Translations under genes and position numbers: made by a program | IMG/VR virus record: IMGVR_UViG_2881684137_000004 | Span: 64,001-128,000 of that record | Length of the DNA stretch: 64,000 nt | Direction: 5' to 3' (one strand) | Source: a virus | Taxonomy: Duplodnaviria > Heunggongvirae > Uroviricota > Caudoviricetes | In this document: positions 19,635 to 28,292 of the stretch, in pieces | Layout: every line of letters begins with the position of its first letter | Position numbering within the stretch: position 1 is the stretch's first letter | The notes under the pieces: model-generated | Database searches by the model: none | What the model saw: the letters and a program-made list of their open reading frames with translations, nothing else | Told to the model about the DNA's origin: nothing

Positions 19635-20234
19635 TCAATTATATGACTCCATTTCCATTGTTCTTAATATTAATTCATAACACGATTGGATTCGATCCTC
19701 AACTTCTCCTCCAACTTCATAGTATTTAACATTATTTAGATTTAAAAATCCGATTATGCCATTATAGATATCGAGCTGATCTTTAATTGATTCATGGCGC
19801 ACTCCATCTTCTACAATCGTACCCGTAGGCGGGAATACAACAATCAAATCAAACCAATAGGTCTTTTTCAGTGTTTTCATATAAAGTTCCTCTAAGAATT
19901 TATATTCTGCTTTTGTCGGTTCCTTCGTGTTTTGTTTTCGCATCAAATTATCAAGCAGTCTCTTTCCAAACAAGTAGCTTGCCATTGCAGGAGTGTCACT
20001 AAGCATTATCTGATTTGTTTCATCTACTGCCCTGTCTCTCGTCTCCTGGTTAGACTGGATGATTAATTGCTCATGCAAATCTTTGGGAATACCATAAGTT
20101 GCAATATAATGTCTCGCATACTCTTTGCTTGTCTCAGCATTTAACTTGTCCTGTTTCAACTTTGATTCTAAGGCAGTGCAGACTGTTGTTTTGTATGTAC
20201 TCGGTGCACCACAAATATTAACTCTAAGACTCAA
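19635..20234 (-). CDS. NadR/AAA_28-like P-loop kinase
   Basis: GAPSTYKTT Walker A variant, EYAR, SDT. Confidence 0.7.
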   Translation of the reverse strand: MSLRVNICGAPSTYKTTVCTALESKLKQDKLNAETSKEYARHYIATYGIPKDLHEQLIIQSNQETRDRAVDETNQIMLSDTPAMASYLFGKRLLDNLMRKQNTKEPTKAEYKFLEELYMKTLKKTYWFDLIVVFPPTGTIVEDGVRHESIKDQLDIYNGIIGFLNLNNVKYYEVGGEVEDRIQSCYELILRTMEMESYN

Positions 20235-20293
20235 ATAATCACTCCTTATGAGCTACCTCCAGACTATTCTAGAGGTAGCAATTAGTTGGGTAA

Positions 20294-20464
20294 TTAGTAC
20301 TCGACGTAACCAAAACCTTCTGAAAAATGAGGGATATCTATGTAATAGCAACTTTCATATGTATTTTCTTTGGATTCTTTCTTATTGTCTTTCTTTCGTT
20401 TTACTTTTTCAAATTTATCATTTGTAAATTTTCTTCTATCACGGTTTTTATTATTCCGAACCAT
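20294..20464 (-). CDS. 56-aa basic protein (not in ORF track)
   Basis: MVRNNKNRDRRKF...GYVEY; GGAGG RBS. Confidence 0.55.
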   Translation of the reverse strand: MVRNNKNRDRRKFTNDKFEKVKRKKDNKKESKENTYESCYYIDIPHFSEGFGYVEY

Positions 20465-20482
20465 ATTTAGATGCCTCCAAGT

Positions 20483-21016
20483 TTAAATGTTGATATTGAA
20501 GAAATTTAACACATCTTGCCAATTACCAACCCTGCGATACTTGTTGCACTTAGAGTTATGCGGTGCACTATAGAGTAAACCGACTCCTTGAAACTCAATA
20601 AAATTTTCTGGTTTGTCATCAATCAACCAACTTGAGTTAATAATTGATTTATTCCTAGTGAACACATAATTTTCTTCAGGAATAAAACCAAAATGCTTTT
20701 TCAACCAATTATATTTAGGAAGTATGTTATTAGGATTAAATGGAGCTGTCACGAAGAATATTTCATAGCTTTCGCTCAATTTACGAATAGCATCTTGACT
20801 GCCTTCGATAACTGGTAAATTAGCAAAGAGTGAAGGATCATCTAAGTATTTGTATATTTTCTTTGAACAACTAGGCTTCACCAACTCATGAAAGTTCCAT
20901 TGTGTAATTTGATCAGATGTTAAATTGTCATTGTAGTCATTATTGTAGCGATATAGCCACACTGATAAAATGTCGGCAATGCACTGATCTTGATCCACAG
21001 AAATTCGTTGTTTCAT
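20483..21016 (-). CDS. yorS: 5'(3')-deoxyribonucleotidase, HAD family (YorS-like)
   Basis: VDQDQCIAD motif I, FVTAP, KYNWL, LIDDKP. Confidence 0.85.
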   Translation of the reverse strand: MKQRISVDQDQCIADILSVWLYRYNNDYNDNLTSDQITQWNFHELVKPSCSKKIYKYLDDPSLFANLPVIEGSQDAIRKLSESYEIFFVTAPFNPNNILPKYNWLKKHFGFIPEENYVFTRNKSIINSSWLIDDKPENFIEFQGVGLLYSAPHNSKCNKYRRVGNWQDVLNFFNINI

Positions 21017-21024
21017 TGACTTTT

Positions 21025-21558
21025 TTATACCTCCAAAATATCCTTAACGTCTTGGATTGCTTCCTCAATATTTCCTCTTTTGTTAGTTACAACATAATCG
21101 TAATGAATCAAATTTGTAATTTCCTCATCATATGTACGAAGACGTTTAGCAATGTTATCTTCTGAATCTCCGCGATCTCGCATGTTAGCTTCAACCTCTT
21201 CCTTTTCACAATAAAAGAAAATTGAGATTGACTCAGGATACATCTTTTTAATTTGCTTCATGCCGTTGAAATCACAAATAAAGAATGTGTCTCCTATTGA
21301 AAGTTTTGTATTAACCTCTTGCTTTGTTAGACCATAGTAATTATCACTGTATTCTGTCATTTCAACTAGTTTTCCACCATCATGCAAGTCTTGAAATTCT
21401 TCTTTTGTGATAAAGAAATAGTCCTTGCCGTGAATTTCTCCTACTCGCGGTTCTCTTGTCGTAAATGATACAAACTCGTTATTCATTATTTCTCGCATGA
21501 TAACAGTTTTTCCACTTCCGCTTACTCCGCTGACTAGTAACAATTTACTCATGCTCAA
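21025..21558 (-). CDS. gmk: Guanylate kinase-like protein
   Basis: GVSGSGKT, SFTTREPRVGEIHGKDYFF. Confidence 0.88.
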   Translation of the reverse strand: MSMSKLLLVSGVSGSGKTVIMREIMNNEFVSFTTREPRVGEIHGKDYFFITKEEFQDLHDGGKLVEMTEYSDNYYGLTKQEVNTKLSIGDTFFICDFNGMKQIKKMYPESISIFFYCEKEEVEANMRDRGDSEDNIAKRLRTYDEEITNLIHYDYVVTNKRGNIEEAIQDVKDILEV

Positions 21559-21911
21559 TCACCTCTGTTATCAAGTCTGGTCGGGATGTCTTGCATTTGT
21601 GGCATTTTTTCTTCTGTATGCATTGCACATTGTAAATTCCAAGCAGCAGCTGCTAAATGATCTTCTTCATTGTCACCATCAAGATATTGGCTTATATGAC
21701 GCATAGCACTATCAATGAACTCTGAGACAGGCATTCCTTTCTCCCAATTTCGGCCATCACCGTATTTAATTTGACCAAGCTCACACCTCACTGCAATACG
21801 TCTAAGCCCCACCGGAGACAATAAGACATATTTCCCTTTACCAGGCTCCCTGTCCCTTTGAGCACCAGTTTTGAAGCTTAATCGATTTCCTGAATCAACA
21901 CATTTGTTCAT
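21555..21911 (-). CDS. dATP/dGTP diphosphohydrolase (DUF5664-like)
   Basis: TGAQRD...GK...KYGDGRNWEKG...SAMRH...EDHLAAAAWN; start re-called at ATG 21911. Confidence 0.8.
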   Translation of the reverse strand: MNKCVDSGNRLSFKTGAQRDREPGKGKYVLLSPVGLRRIAVRCELGQIKYGDGRNWEKGMPVSEFIDSAMRHISQYLDGDNEEDHLAAAAWNLQCAMHTEEKMPQMQDIPTRLDNRGD

Positions 21912-21939
21912 GTATTCACCTTCCCTATTCAGAAACTTT

Positions 21940-22503
21940 TTAACTTTCATAGTAAACAATAACTTCAAGATTTTTCTTTCTACCAAACTTTTTTGCGTCA
22001 ATTTTTTTAACCATGTAAACATCTAATTTCCCTTCAGTGATCGCTCCTCCACGATCCTCACAAACAAAGGTATTATCAAAATAAGGGATAAACACTTTAG
22101 TACCAAATGGCATTGATTTTGGACACGCTAAAGTATGATTAGGTTTTACTTTTTTTCCACTTGCGGTTTTTCCATAATCTTTATGTCCAGGTCTTTTTCC
22201 TGTAGATTCGTAACCTGCTGTATATGCTGAAACATTAAACTTTTGAGTTTTCATTTTAGATTGGTTTTTAGACTGAGTGGACACATTTTCTGTTTTGGGT
22301 TTGACTGAGTTACTAGGTGACTTTTCAGTTTCCTTTTTCATATTTTTATTTTTTTCTTCTTTGATTTCAGTTGCGTTTAATTCTTCAATTTTACTATTGG
22401 ATGAATTAGCATAAACATCATTAAATGATTCCAAATTCATCTCAAATGAATTACTACTAAGAATATAAAACACTGATAACAAAGACAAGATAATCTCTCT
22501 CAT
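21940..22503 (-). CDS. Secreted 3D-domain (MltA-like cell-wall) protein
   Basis: Signal-like N-terminus; SAYT...TASG...FGTKV...EDRGG...KLDVY...FGR. Confidence 0.85.
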   Translation of the reverse strand: MREIILSLLSVFYILSSNSFEMNLESFNDVYANSSNSKIEELNATEIKEEKNKNMKKETEKSPSNSVKPKTENVSTQSKNQSKMKTQKFNVSAYTAGYESTGKRPGHKDYGKTASGKKVKPNHTLACPKSMPFGTKVFIPYFDNTFVCEDRGGAITEGKLDVYMVKKIDAKKFGRKKNLEVIVYYES

Positions 22504-22596
22504 GATTCCTCCTGATAGTTCAGTTTAATATTAAACCACCTAGATATATACTTTATTTTAAAGTCATTTCTCTAGATGGTTTATAGATTTGTAAAT

Positions 22597-22950
22597 TTAG
22601 CTATTTGTTTTTACTGATCCAAGCTGTCTAGTAATAATTGTTACATCATCTGGCGTTAATCTATTTTTCCTCAGAGTATCATAAACTTCAGCTTTAAACT
22701 TTGCGTTTTCTTCGTCTTTTGCTGTTACCTTTGTTTCCAACAGAATTTCTTCCTCTTTTGATATGATAATGACTTCATAAAGAAATGTCATATCTGCGAG
22801 TCCTTTTTGCTGTTGAAAGGTTCCTACTGTTGTAACATCGCCGTATCCATTCCAGGGATAAACTTCTGTCTGATACATGTTTGTACAGTAGTCTTTAAAA
22901 TTGCTTCTGACGCTATTTTGTGTGCGATTGATGTGCACTTTTTTTGTCAC
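22597..22950 (-). CDS. Hypothetical protein
   Basis: ORF track. Confidence 0.55.
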   Translation of the reverse strand: MTKKVHINRTQNSVRSNFKDYCTNMYQTEVYPWNGYGDVTTVGTFQQQKGLADMTFLYEVIIISKEEEILLETKVTAKDEENAKFKAEVYDTLRKNRLTPDDVTIITRQLGSVKTNS

Positions 22951-22970
22951 TCCTTTAAAATTAGCTATTA

Positions 22971-23207
22971 TTATTCGGAACCGTAAACTATAACATCGAC
23001 ATTGAGCTTACCTAAAAGGTAATATAATTTAGCAAAATAAGAAGGCCTGTAGAGAAATCCTTCATCTAGAATCACCCTATTAAATTTAATACCTCTGAGC
23101 GCTTCGAACTGGGCTGCTGAAAATACTCTATTTCTAATATCTACGGGAAATCTTTCAACTCTAGAGCTATTAGACACTATGCAGATTAAATCTCTATCCT
23201 TTCTCAA
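22971..23207 (-). CDS. Hypothetical protein
   Basis: ORF track. Confidence 0.5.
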   Translation of the reverse strand: MRKDRDLICIVSNSSRVERFPVDIRNRVFSAAQFEALRGIKFNRVILDEGFLYRPSYFAKLYYLLGKLNVDVIVYGSE

Positions 23208-23399
23208 TTCAGCTATTACTTTTTCCTGTGCCTCTCTCCATTACATTTACTTGAATCATCTCAGTTATCTCCTTGAGTATTTATACTATGAAATGTAACA
23301 TTTATAGGAATTTTCATTCCCTTCGTCAGCTCATGTTGACCTTAACTAGATGTAAATGTATAGATAATTGATTAAGGTGAAATTAATAAGAAAATTTTT

Positions 23400-24404
23400 T
23401 TATTCGTCATCTTCCTCTTCTGCCTTGCTCTTAATTTCCTCAACAATATCCTCAAGATCGTGAAGGATAACACTCAACACCTGAACCTGTGATTTAGTAG
23501 CATCAGTTATCTTCTTGTCGCGTCCAAGATGCTTTTCAATAATTTCTACTGTTTCGTCATTGCGACCATTTTTGTGAATAAAGCTACCAGCGATCTTGAG
23601 CTGATTCATTAGATCGTCGTACTCAAGTTCAACAGGTTTGTTCATTTCCAATTGCTCTTTTGCTGTAACAGTCTTCACGCCATTGATTTTCTTCTCTTTT
23701 TCAATTGCTTCGTTAACTGCCTTCTCTAGATTCTCAGCGGTAAACTCTTTGATGAAAGGAGTGATATAGTCGAAGCGACTTCTTGCAAAATACTCTTCTG
23801 TTTCCGCAAGGTATGCGCTAGATTTAATAACATTGCCATCTTTATCTGTGCCATTGGATTTCAAGTATATTACAATGTCACTATTATCAATAATAGGGCC
23901 GAGAGCACGTTTGTCGCCTTTAGGCCATGCTTTACCATCTTCATCAATGCTAACATGACCAATGAAGCCGACAGTGTATCCACAGCTAATGAGTTTACTA
24001 ATCTCCGTGAAGAACTCCGTCTCATACTCTGACCAGAGGCCGTAACCAGCATTACCAGATTTAATAGAATCTGATTCGTACTTATCGCAAATATATCCCT
24101 GGCAATATTTCGATGAAGCCCAAATTTCATCAAAAATAATCGTTTGATATAGCTCCTTAACTTTATCGAGTGTCTTTGGATTAGTGAGTTGTTTGTTGAG
24201 TTTTTTAAAATCTCCCCAACTATTGATAATCTCGTAAGGAACTCCATCAATTGCTCCTAGCCCACCTTCAAATGGGAGATAAAAAGGCTTTTTTAGCCTA
24301 GTGAGCTGCTTTGTCTTTCCGGTGGAATTCCCACCAATTACTGAAATAATCTTTCCTTCTAGACCTTCTGCAATACGTGAAATCTTAGGATTAAAAATGT
24401 CCAT
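23400..24404 (-). CDS. yorG: AAA_24-type ATPase, SPbeta YorG-like
   Basis: MDIFNP...GLEGK..., GGNSTGKT, FDE Walker B, ARSRFDYI; close to recalled YorG. Confidence 0.8.
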   Translation of the reverse strand: MDIFNPKISRIAEGLEGKIISVIGGNSTGKTKQLTRLKKPFYLPFEGGLGAIDGVPYEIINSWGDFKKLNKQLTNPKTLDKVKELYQTIIFDEIWASSKYCQGYICDKYESDSIKSGNAGYGLWSEYETEFFTEISKLISCGYTVGFIGHVSIDEDGKAWPKGDKRALGPIIDNSDIVIYLKSNGTDKDGNVIKSSAYLAETEEYFARSRFDYITPFIKEFTAENLEKAVNEAIEKEKKINGVKTVTAKEQLEMNKPVELEYDDLMNQLKIAGSFIHKNGRNDETVEIIEKHLGRDKKITDATKSQVQVLSVILHDLEDIVEEIKSKAEEEDDE

Positions 24405-24644
24405 CTATTAAGTAATCACTCCATTTAATTTTATTTTAGAAATCGCTGTATTTATTTATCTATCTAATTGTCGCTAATAAAGATATTTTTATATTTTGTC
24501 TCATCAATCAACTTTATAAAAATTTTTGAAAATTAAAGATGGTAGAAATAAAAAATATATGTATTTTATATATTATTGGCATTCTGCTATTAGCGATTCA
24601 TTGATGTTATTCTATATAGAATCCTAAATATTACCTAATTAACA

Positions 24645-25589
24645 TCAGAATGGTAATTCATCTTCACTAACATCAGTCGGCTTCCCTGAATCCCCTTTTT
24701 TAAACGGATTCCCACTATCTTTCTTACCTTTGCTCCCTCCACTATTGGAACTGTTCTTTTTCTTTTCAATCATTTCTTCGTGACGTTCCTTACGATCTGC
24801 CAATCCTTGCTTAATAAGTTTTGGATCAAGATATTTACCGTTTTCTTTGTCATCAATTGCTTCCATTCCAGCAGTAACAATATATTCACGAATATCACGA
24901 CGAGTTGTTTTCTTTTGATCTGCCCCAATTGCAGCTTTGATAATTTCCTCAGTTACAATTGTCTTACTTACTAAATCCCCCCATACAGTAACAGTGCTGT
25001 TTTTCTCATAGTTATCCTGCATGTATTCGCCCACTTCTGCATCTTCAACAATAAGTTCAAATGGGAACACTCGCCCTTCGTAGGCAGTTACAATACCTTT
25101 CAGGATAGTCCTACCTGTTTCCTCTTCATCTTTATCTTGCTCGGCAACTACACTAATAACACTCATTTCTAGACGGAATGTGGCTTTTGGCTCAAAGATG
25201 TCACTTGGTTTCAAACGATTAATAAAGTTTGAGCTGATCTGAGGAAATGATTTCAAAAGTCCGTCTTGCCCTACGTATTCATTCAATCCAACCTTACCAG
25301 TAGTAATTCTAACTTTATCAGCATCTTCACCATGAGTTTCAATAGATTTATACTCATTCATAATAGTTTGTAAACTTTTGAACAGCCCATTTTCTTTGCC
25401 TTTACTTGTGAATTCATTCGCAAATACACTTACAGAATGAGTATCTTCGTTTACTAGAATATTTACTTCTCCTCGGACAGAACGTTGAGTCTTACCATCC
25501 TTTTTAAATTCTTGTACTTCCATATTAATAGATGATACAATACCTTCAATTTCTACTACATTTACTGACTCCCGAAGTGTTTTTGCCAT
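24645..25589 (-). CDS. yorF: OB-fold ssDNA-binding protein, YorF-like
   Basis: LRESVNVVEIEG; G/S/K linker; C-terminal SEDELPF SSB tip. Confidence 0.7.
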   Translation of the reverse strand: MAKTLRESVNVVEIEGIVSSINMEVQEFKKDGKTQRSVRGEVNILVNEDTHSVSVFANEFTSKGKENGLFKSLQTIMNEYKSIETHGEDADKVRITTGKVGLNEYVGQDGLLKSFPQISSNFINRLKPSDIFEPKATFRLEMSVISVVAEQDKDEEETGRTILKGIVTAYEGRVFPFELIVEDAEVGEYMQDNYEKNSTVTVWGDLVSKTIVTEEIIKAAIGADQKKTTRRDIREYIVTAGMEAIDDKENGKYLDPKLIKQGLADRKERHEEMIEKKKNSSNSGGSKGKKDSGNPFKKGDSGKPTDVSEDELPF

Positions 25590-25724
25590 TGTTTAATCAT
25601 TCTCCTTAGTTTATGTTTTTATGTATTTTTGTTTATTTTAATTATTAAATATTTATTATAAAATTAGTTATCTGTGTGTCTAAGGAGGATCGCGATTAAC
25701 TATAGCTCTCACCTACTTTCAATG

Positions 25725-26591
25725 TTAAAAATCAAACTCATCGTCTATTACCTCATCATCAACATAATCAAAAGGATCTTGGTTTTCAAAATCTTCTTCT
25801 GAATAATGATGGCTAATTTCTGAACAGCCAGTTACCAGCAACTCTTTCTTCAATCCAGCAATAGAGTCATCCTGTATTAATACAGAGTAAACAATATCTC
25901 CATGAACCATCAATACATCCCGTTTTCTAAGTGAGGAAATATAATTGATCAACTCTCCATTTTCACTTAAATTGAAACTAAATGGTATTTTATTTATATT
26001 ATCTTTGTTCTTTTTGATTATCAAAGCATGTAGTTTACCTTCATCATATGAATCAAACACAATTTCCTGCTGGAAGTAAGCTTGCTGACCATTACCGATC
26101 GATCTAACTTGTCTGTCATCAATTACTGACAACTCTTTGATGACATACTTATCGTAAACCTTATCCTTATGTACTATAAAATCTAAATTTCCTCTGATGA
26201 ATACCTTCATCCCATCTTTTAAGTTTTCTGCAAGTAATTCAGCTGCATCATACTCTAAAAGACTTTCTTCATACGATGCAGACAACTTAACATTGACTGG
26301 CATCATCAACTCGTAATTTTCTAAATTGCTATATCGATCTACCCAATTTACTTCTTTTCGTTCAGTGGAAACATATTTACCTGTTGTTTTATTTCTGAAT
26401 ATTTTATTAATTTTTTTGTTTTTCACACCTAACAGTTCAACATACACAAATGAATTATCGCTTAACTTAATGGAACAAGTTATCTTCCTCCACGGTTGTT
26501 TTTTATCGTCTTCTTTGAAGGTATAAAAGTTATTATTGAGTGTTCCTACTACTGTTCCTACACAAGTAAATTTTCCATAAGTGGGTTTCAT
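25725..26591 (-). CDS. Second SSB-like OB-fold protein
   Basis: Beta-rich pattern; acidic C-terminus DDEVIDDEFDF. Confidence 0.5.
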   Translation of the reverse strand: MKPTYGKFTCVGTVVGTLNNNFYTFKEDDKKQPWRKITCSIKLSDNSFVYVELLGVKNKKINKIFRNKTTGKYVSTERKEVNWVDRYSNLENYELMMPVNVKLSASYEESLLEYDAAELLAENLKDGMKVFIRGNLDFIVHKDKVYDKYVIKELSVIDDRQVRSIGNGQQAYFQQEIVFDSYDEGKLHALIIKKNKDNINKIPFSFNLSENGELINYISSLRKRDVLMVHGDIVYSVLIQDDSIAGLKKELLVTGCSEISHHYSEEDFENQDPFDYVDDEVIDDEFDF

Positions 26592-26687
26592 ATTTTAAAA
26601 CCTCTAAACTATGTATTTTCCTCTTTTAATTGATTAGAAGAGTTGAAATCTTAATCCTATACTATAAGCAGGCTTTTATAATATGTC

Positions 26688-26773
26688 CAGGATAAAGGAT
26701 TTGAACCCTCAACTTTATTAAGGATGATCAAGCCTTAATAACACTTTTGATCCAAAATACTCTCTGTTCCCAA
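26688..26773 (-). other. Degenerate tRNA-like structure
   Basis: T-loop GGGTTCAAATCC; 8-bp stem TATTAAGG/CCTTAATA with 9-nt loop centred on GAT; weak acceptor stem. Confidence 0.4.
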
Positions 26774-26778
26774 GATAA

Positions 26779-26864
26779 TACGGATAAAGGGACTTGAACC
26801 CTTATAATAGTTACCTATTGCAGCATTTTAAGTGCTGTATGTCTGCCAATTCCATCATATCCGC
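26779..26864 (-). tRNA. tRNA-Leu(TAA)
   Basis: Acceptor GCGGATA/TATCCGT, D-loop TGGCAGAC, CAGCA-CTTAAAA-TGCTG, long variable arm, GGTTCAAGTCC; no encoded CCA. Confidence 0.9.
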
Positions 26865-26870
26865 TTAGAG

Positions 26871-26944
26871 TGGGCCGTGGAGGACTCGAACCTCCGACTC
26901 CCTAGTTATGAGCTAGGTGCTCTAACCAACTGAACTAACGGCCC
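26871..26944 (-). tRNA. tRNA with CAT anticodon, probably Ile2 (lysidine) rather than Met
   Basis: GGGCCGT/ACGGCCC acceptor, CCTAG-CTCATAA-CTAGG, GGTTCGAGTCC; C4/C5 and CUCAUAA loop are Ile2-like; no encoded CCA. Confidence 0.9.
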
Positions 26945-27003
26945 AGATTAACAGTTAATTTAAGTATTTATTTTTTAAAAGCACCTACTTAGTTAACGAA
27001 AGA

Positions 27004-27032
27004 AGTATATATTATCTTTTTAAAGCTGTCAA
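27004..27032 (-). promoter_or_regulatory. sigA promoter for the tRNA cluster
   Basis: TTGACA-N17-TATACT. Confidence 0.8.
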
Positions 27033-27087
27033 TATCTTTTTTAGAAATAATTTAAGGGAGAGTGTTCTCCCTTATGTATGAAAATCT

Positions 27088-27438
27088 CTAGATGGCCTCA
27101 CGTTGTCCGAAAGTTAGAAAACTCTCAGTTGTTGCAGTGATATTTTCAATGTCTCCATCAAAAAATTCACCCCATTTTTTAATATCTTCAATATTATTAA
27201 TTGTACGATCTAAATCTTTATAAGTCTTTGAATCTACTGGCAACCCACAAACGTGAATCATAAAATCCAAAAAATTTTCCCGGCTTTGTTCCCACTCTTC
27301 CAATAGTTGATCGTAATTCAATTCATACCCCTCCAAACATACTTTTTTTGTTTTGTCAAGAGAAATTGGAAGGCATGAATATACCTTTACGTTTCTTCTG
27401 TAGTGTTTTACAATAACACTATAGGAAAGAACAAGCAC
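27088..27438 (-). CDS. Hypothetical protein
   Basis: ORF track. Confidence 0.5.
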   Translation of the reverse strand: MLVLSYSVIVKHYRRNVKVYSCLPISLDKTKKVCLEGYELNYDQLLEEWEQSRENFLDFMIHVCGLPVDSKTYKDLDRTINNIEDIKKWGEFFDGDIENITATTESFLTFGQREAI

Positions 27439-27640
27439 TTATTTATGTGTCGGGCGCAATTCGATCATAAATATAGTGTTTTTTTTAAATCAATCCCTCT
27501 TTGATTTAAATTTACCACAATTTATCTCTAATGGTAAAGTGCAATCCATGTACAAAAATACTATCTTTACTATTAGAAAAATATATGCTTCAATTGCATA
27601 AAATGTCTAATCCTGTCGAATAGCTTCAACAAACTACCTT

Positions 27641-28102
27641 TTACCGAAAAACCCAACGTTTGTCGCGTAAACTCTCCTTGACATTCTCATCTACACATCC
27701 CAAATCCTTAAACTTTTTTTTGTTTGGCTTTGAAATTGTTGTGTACATGCCATTCTCAAAATAACATTTACCCATACCTGAACAGTATGACTTAACATTA
27801 TCAATATTAACAATAATTTTATTATCTGAGATAATAAAATTATATTTTTCAAGGAATTTTAGGCACATTTCATGATTCATGCTGTGTTTATATCTTTTGG
27901 CGTTTTTGTGATAAATAACAGTCTCTCTACCATCTCGATCAATGAAATTAATATCATTTATCCATATCCATTCAACTTCATTGGATTCGCCAATGACCTG
28001 CAACAGAGATTCAAACATCTTATTTAAGTTAAGAGTCAGACCTGCTATGTCATCTTTGTATTTATCGATGCTATTAATGACTTCCATGGTAATATTTTTC
28101 AT
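27641..28102 (-). CDS. LytTR DNA-binding-domain protein without a receiver domain
   Basis: WINDINFI...RETVIYH...FLEKYNFIISDNKIIVNIDNVKSY...CYFENG pattern; only ~45 aa precede it. Confidence 0.7.
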   Translation of the reverse strand: MKNITMEVINSIDKYKDDIAGLTLNLNKMFESLLQVIGESNEVEWIWINDINFIDRDGRETVIYHKNAKRYKHSMNHEMCLKFLEKYNFIISDNKIIVNIDNVKSYCSGMGKCYFENGMYTTISKPNKKKFKDLGCVDENVKESLRDKRWVFR

Positions 28103-28120
28103 TAATTCACCTTTTTTATT

Positions 28121-28149
28121 ACTAAGCCGCCAAGTATTGACGGCCTAGT
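28121..28149. other. Hairpin between agrD and lytTR
   Basis: Minus-strand ACUAGGCCGUCAA-UAC-UUGGCGGCUUAGU with G:U pairs. Confidence 0.6.
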
Positions 28150-28160
28150 ATTTTTAGTTC

Positions 28161-28292
28161 TTACTTTTTAACGTTTTTGAGTTCTTCTGGTACTTCTTGT
28201 TTATTTATGAACCAAGCGGAAGCACTCACTGCATGCTCGTATGCAGTTTTTTCAATAGTCTTTGAAGCAAGTTTAGCCACTAATTTTTTCAT
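28161..28292 (-). CDS. agrD: AgrD-like cyclic lactone autoinducer propeptide (43 aa, not in ORF track)
   Basis: MKKLVAKLASKTIEKTAYEHAVSASAWFINKQEVPEELKNVKK; AGGAAGGAGG RBS; amphipathic leader, SAWFI core, EVPEELK tail. Confidence 0.85.
   Translation of the reverse strand: MKKLVAKLASKTIEKTAYEHAVSASAWFINKQEVPEELKNVKK

Noticed and set aside
20252-20279. GCTACCTC...GAGGTAGC hairpin as a terminator
   Set aside because: No U-tract on the sense strand; function unsupported
19635-21911. Z-base (2-aminoadenine) biosynthesis cluster
   Set aside because: No PurZ or HD-type DatZ in the window
21555-22022. ORF-track start for DUF5664 at 22022
   Set aside because: It overlaps the 3D-domain gene; ATG 21911 has an RBS
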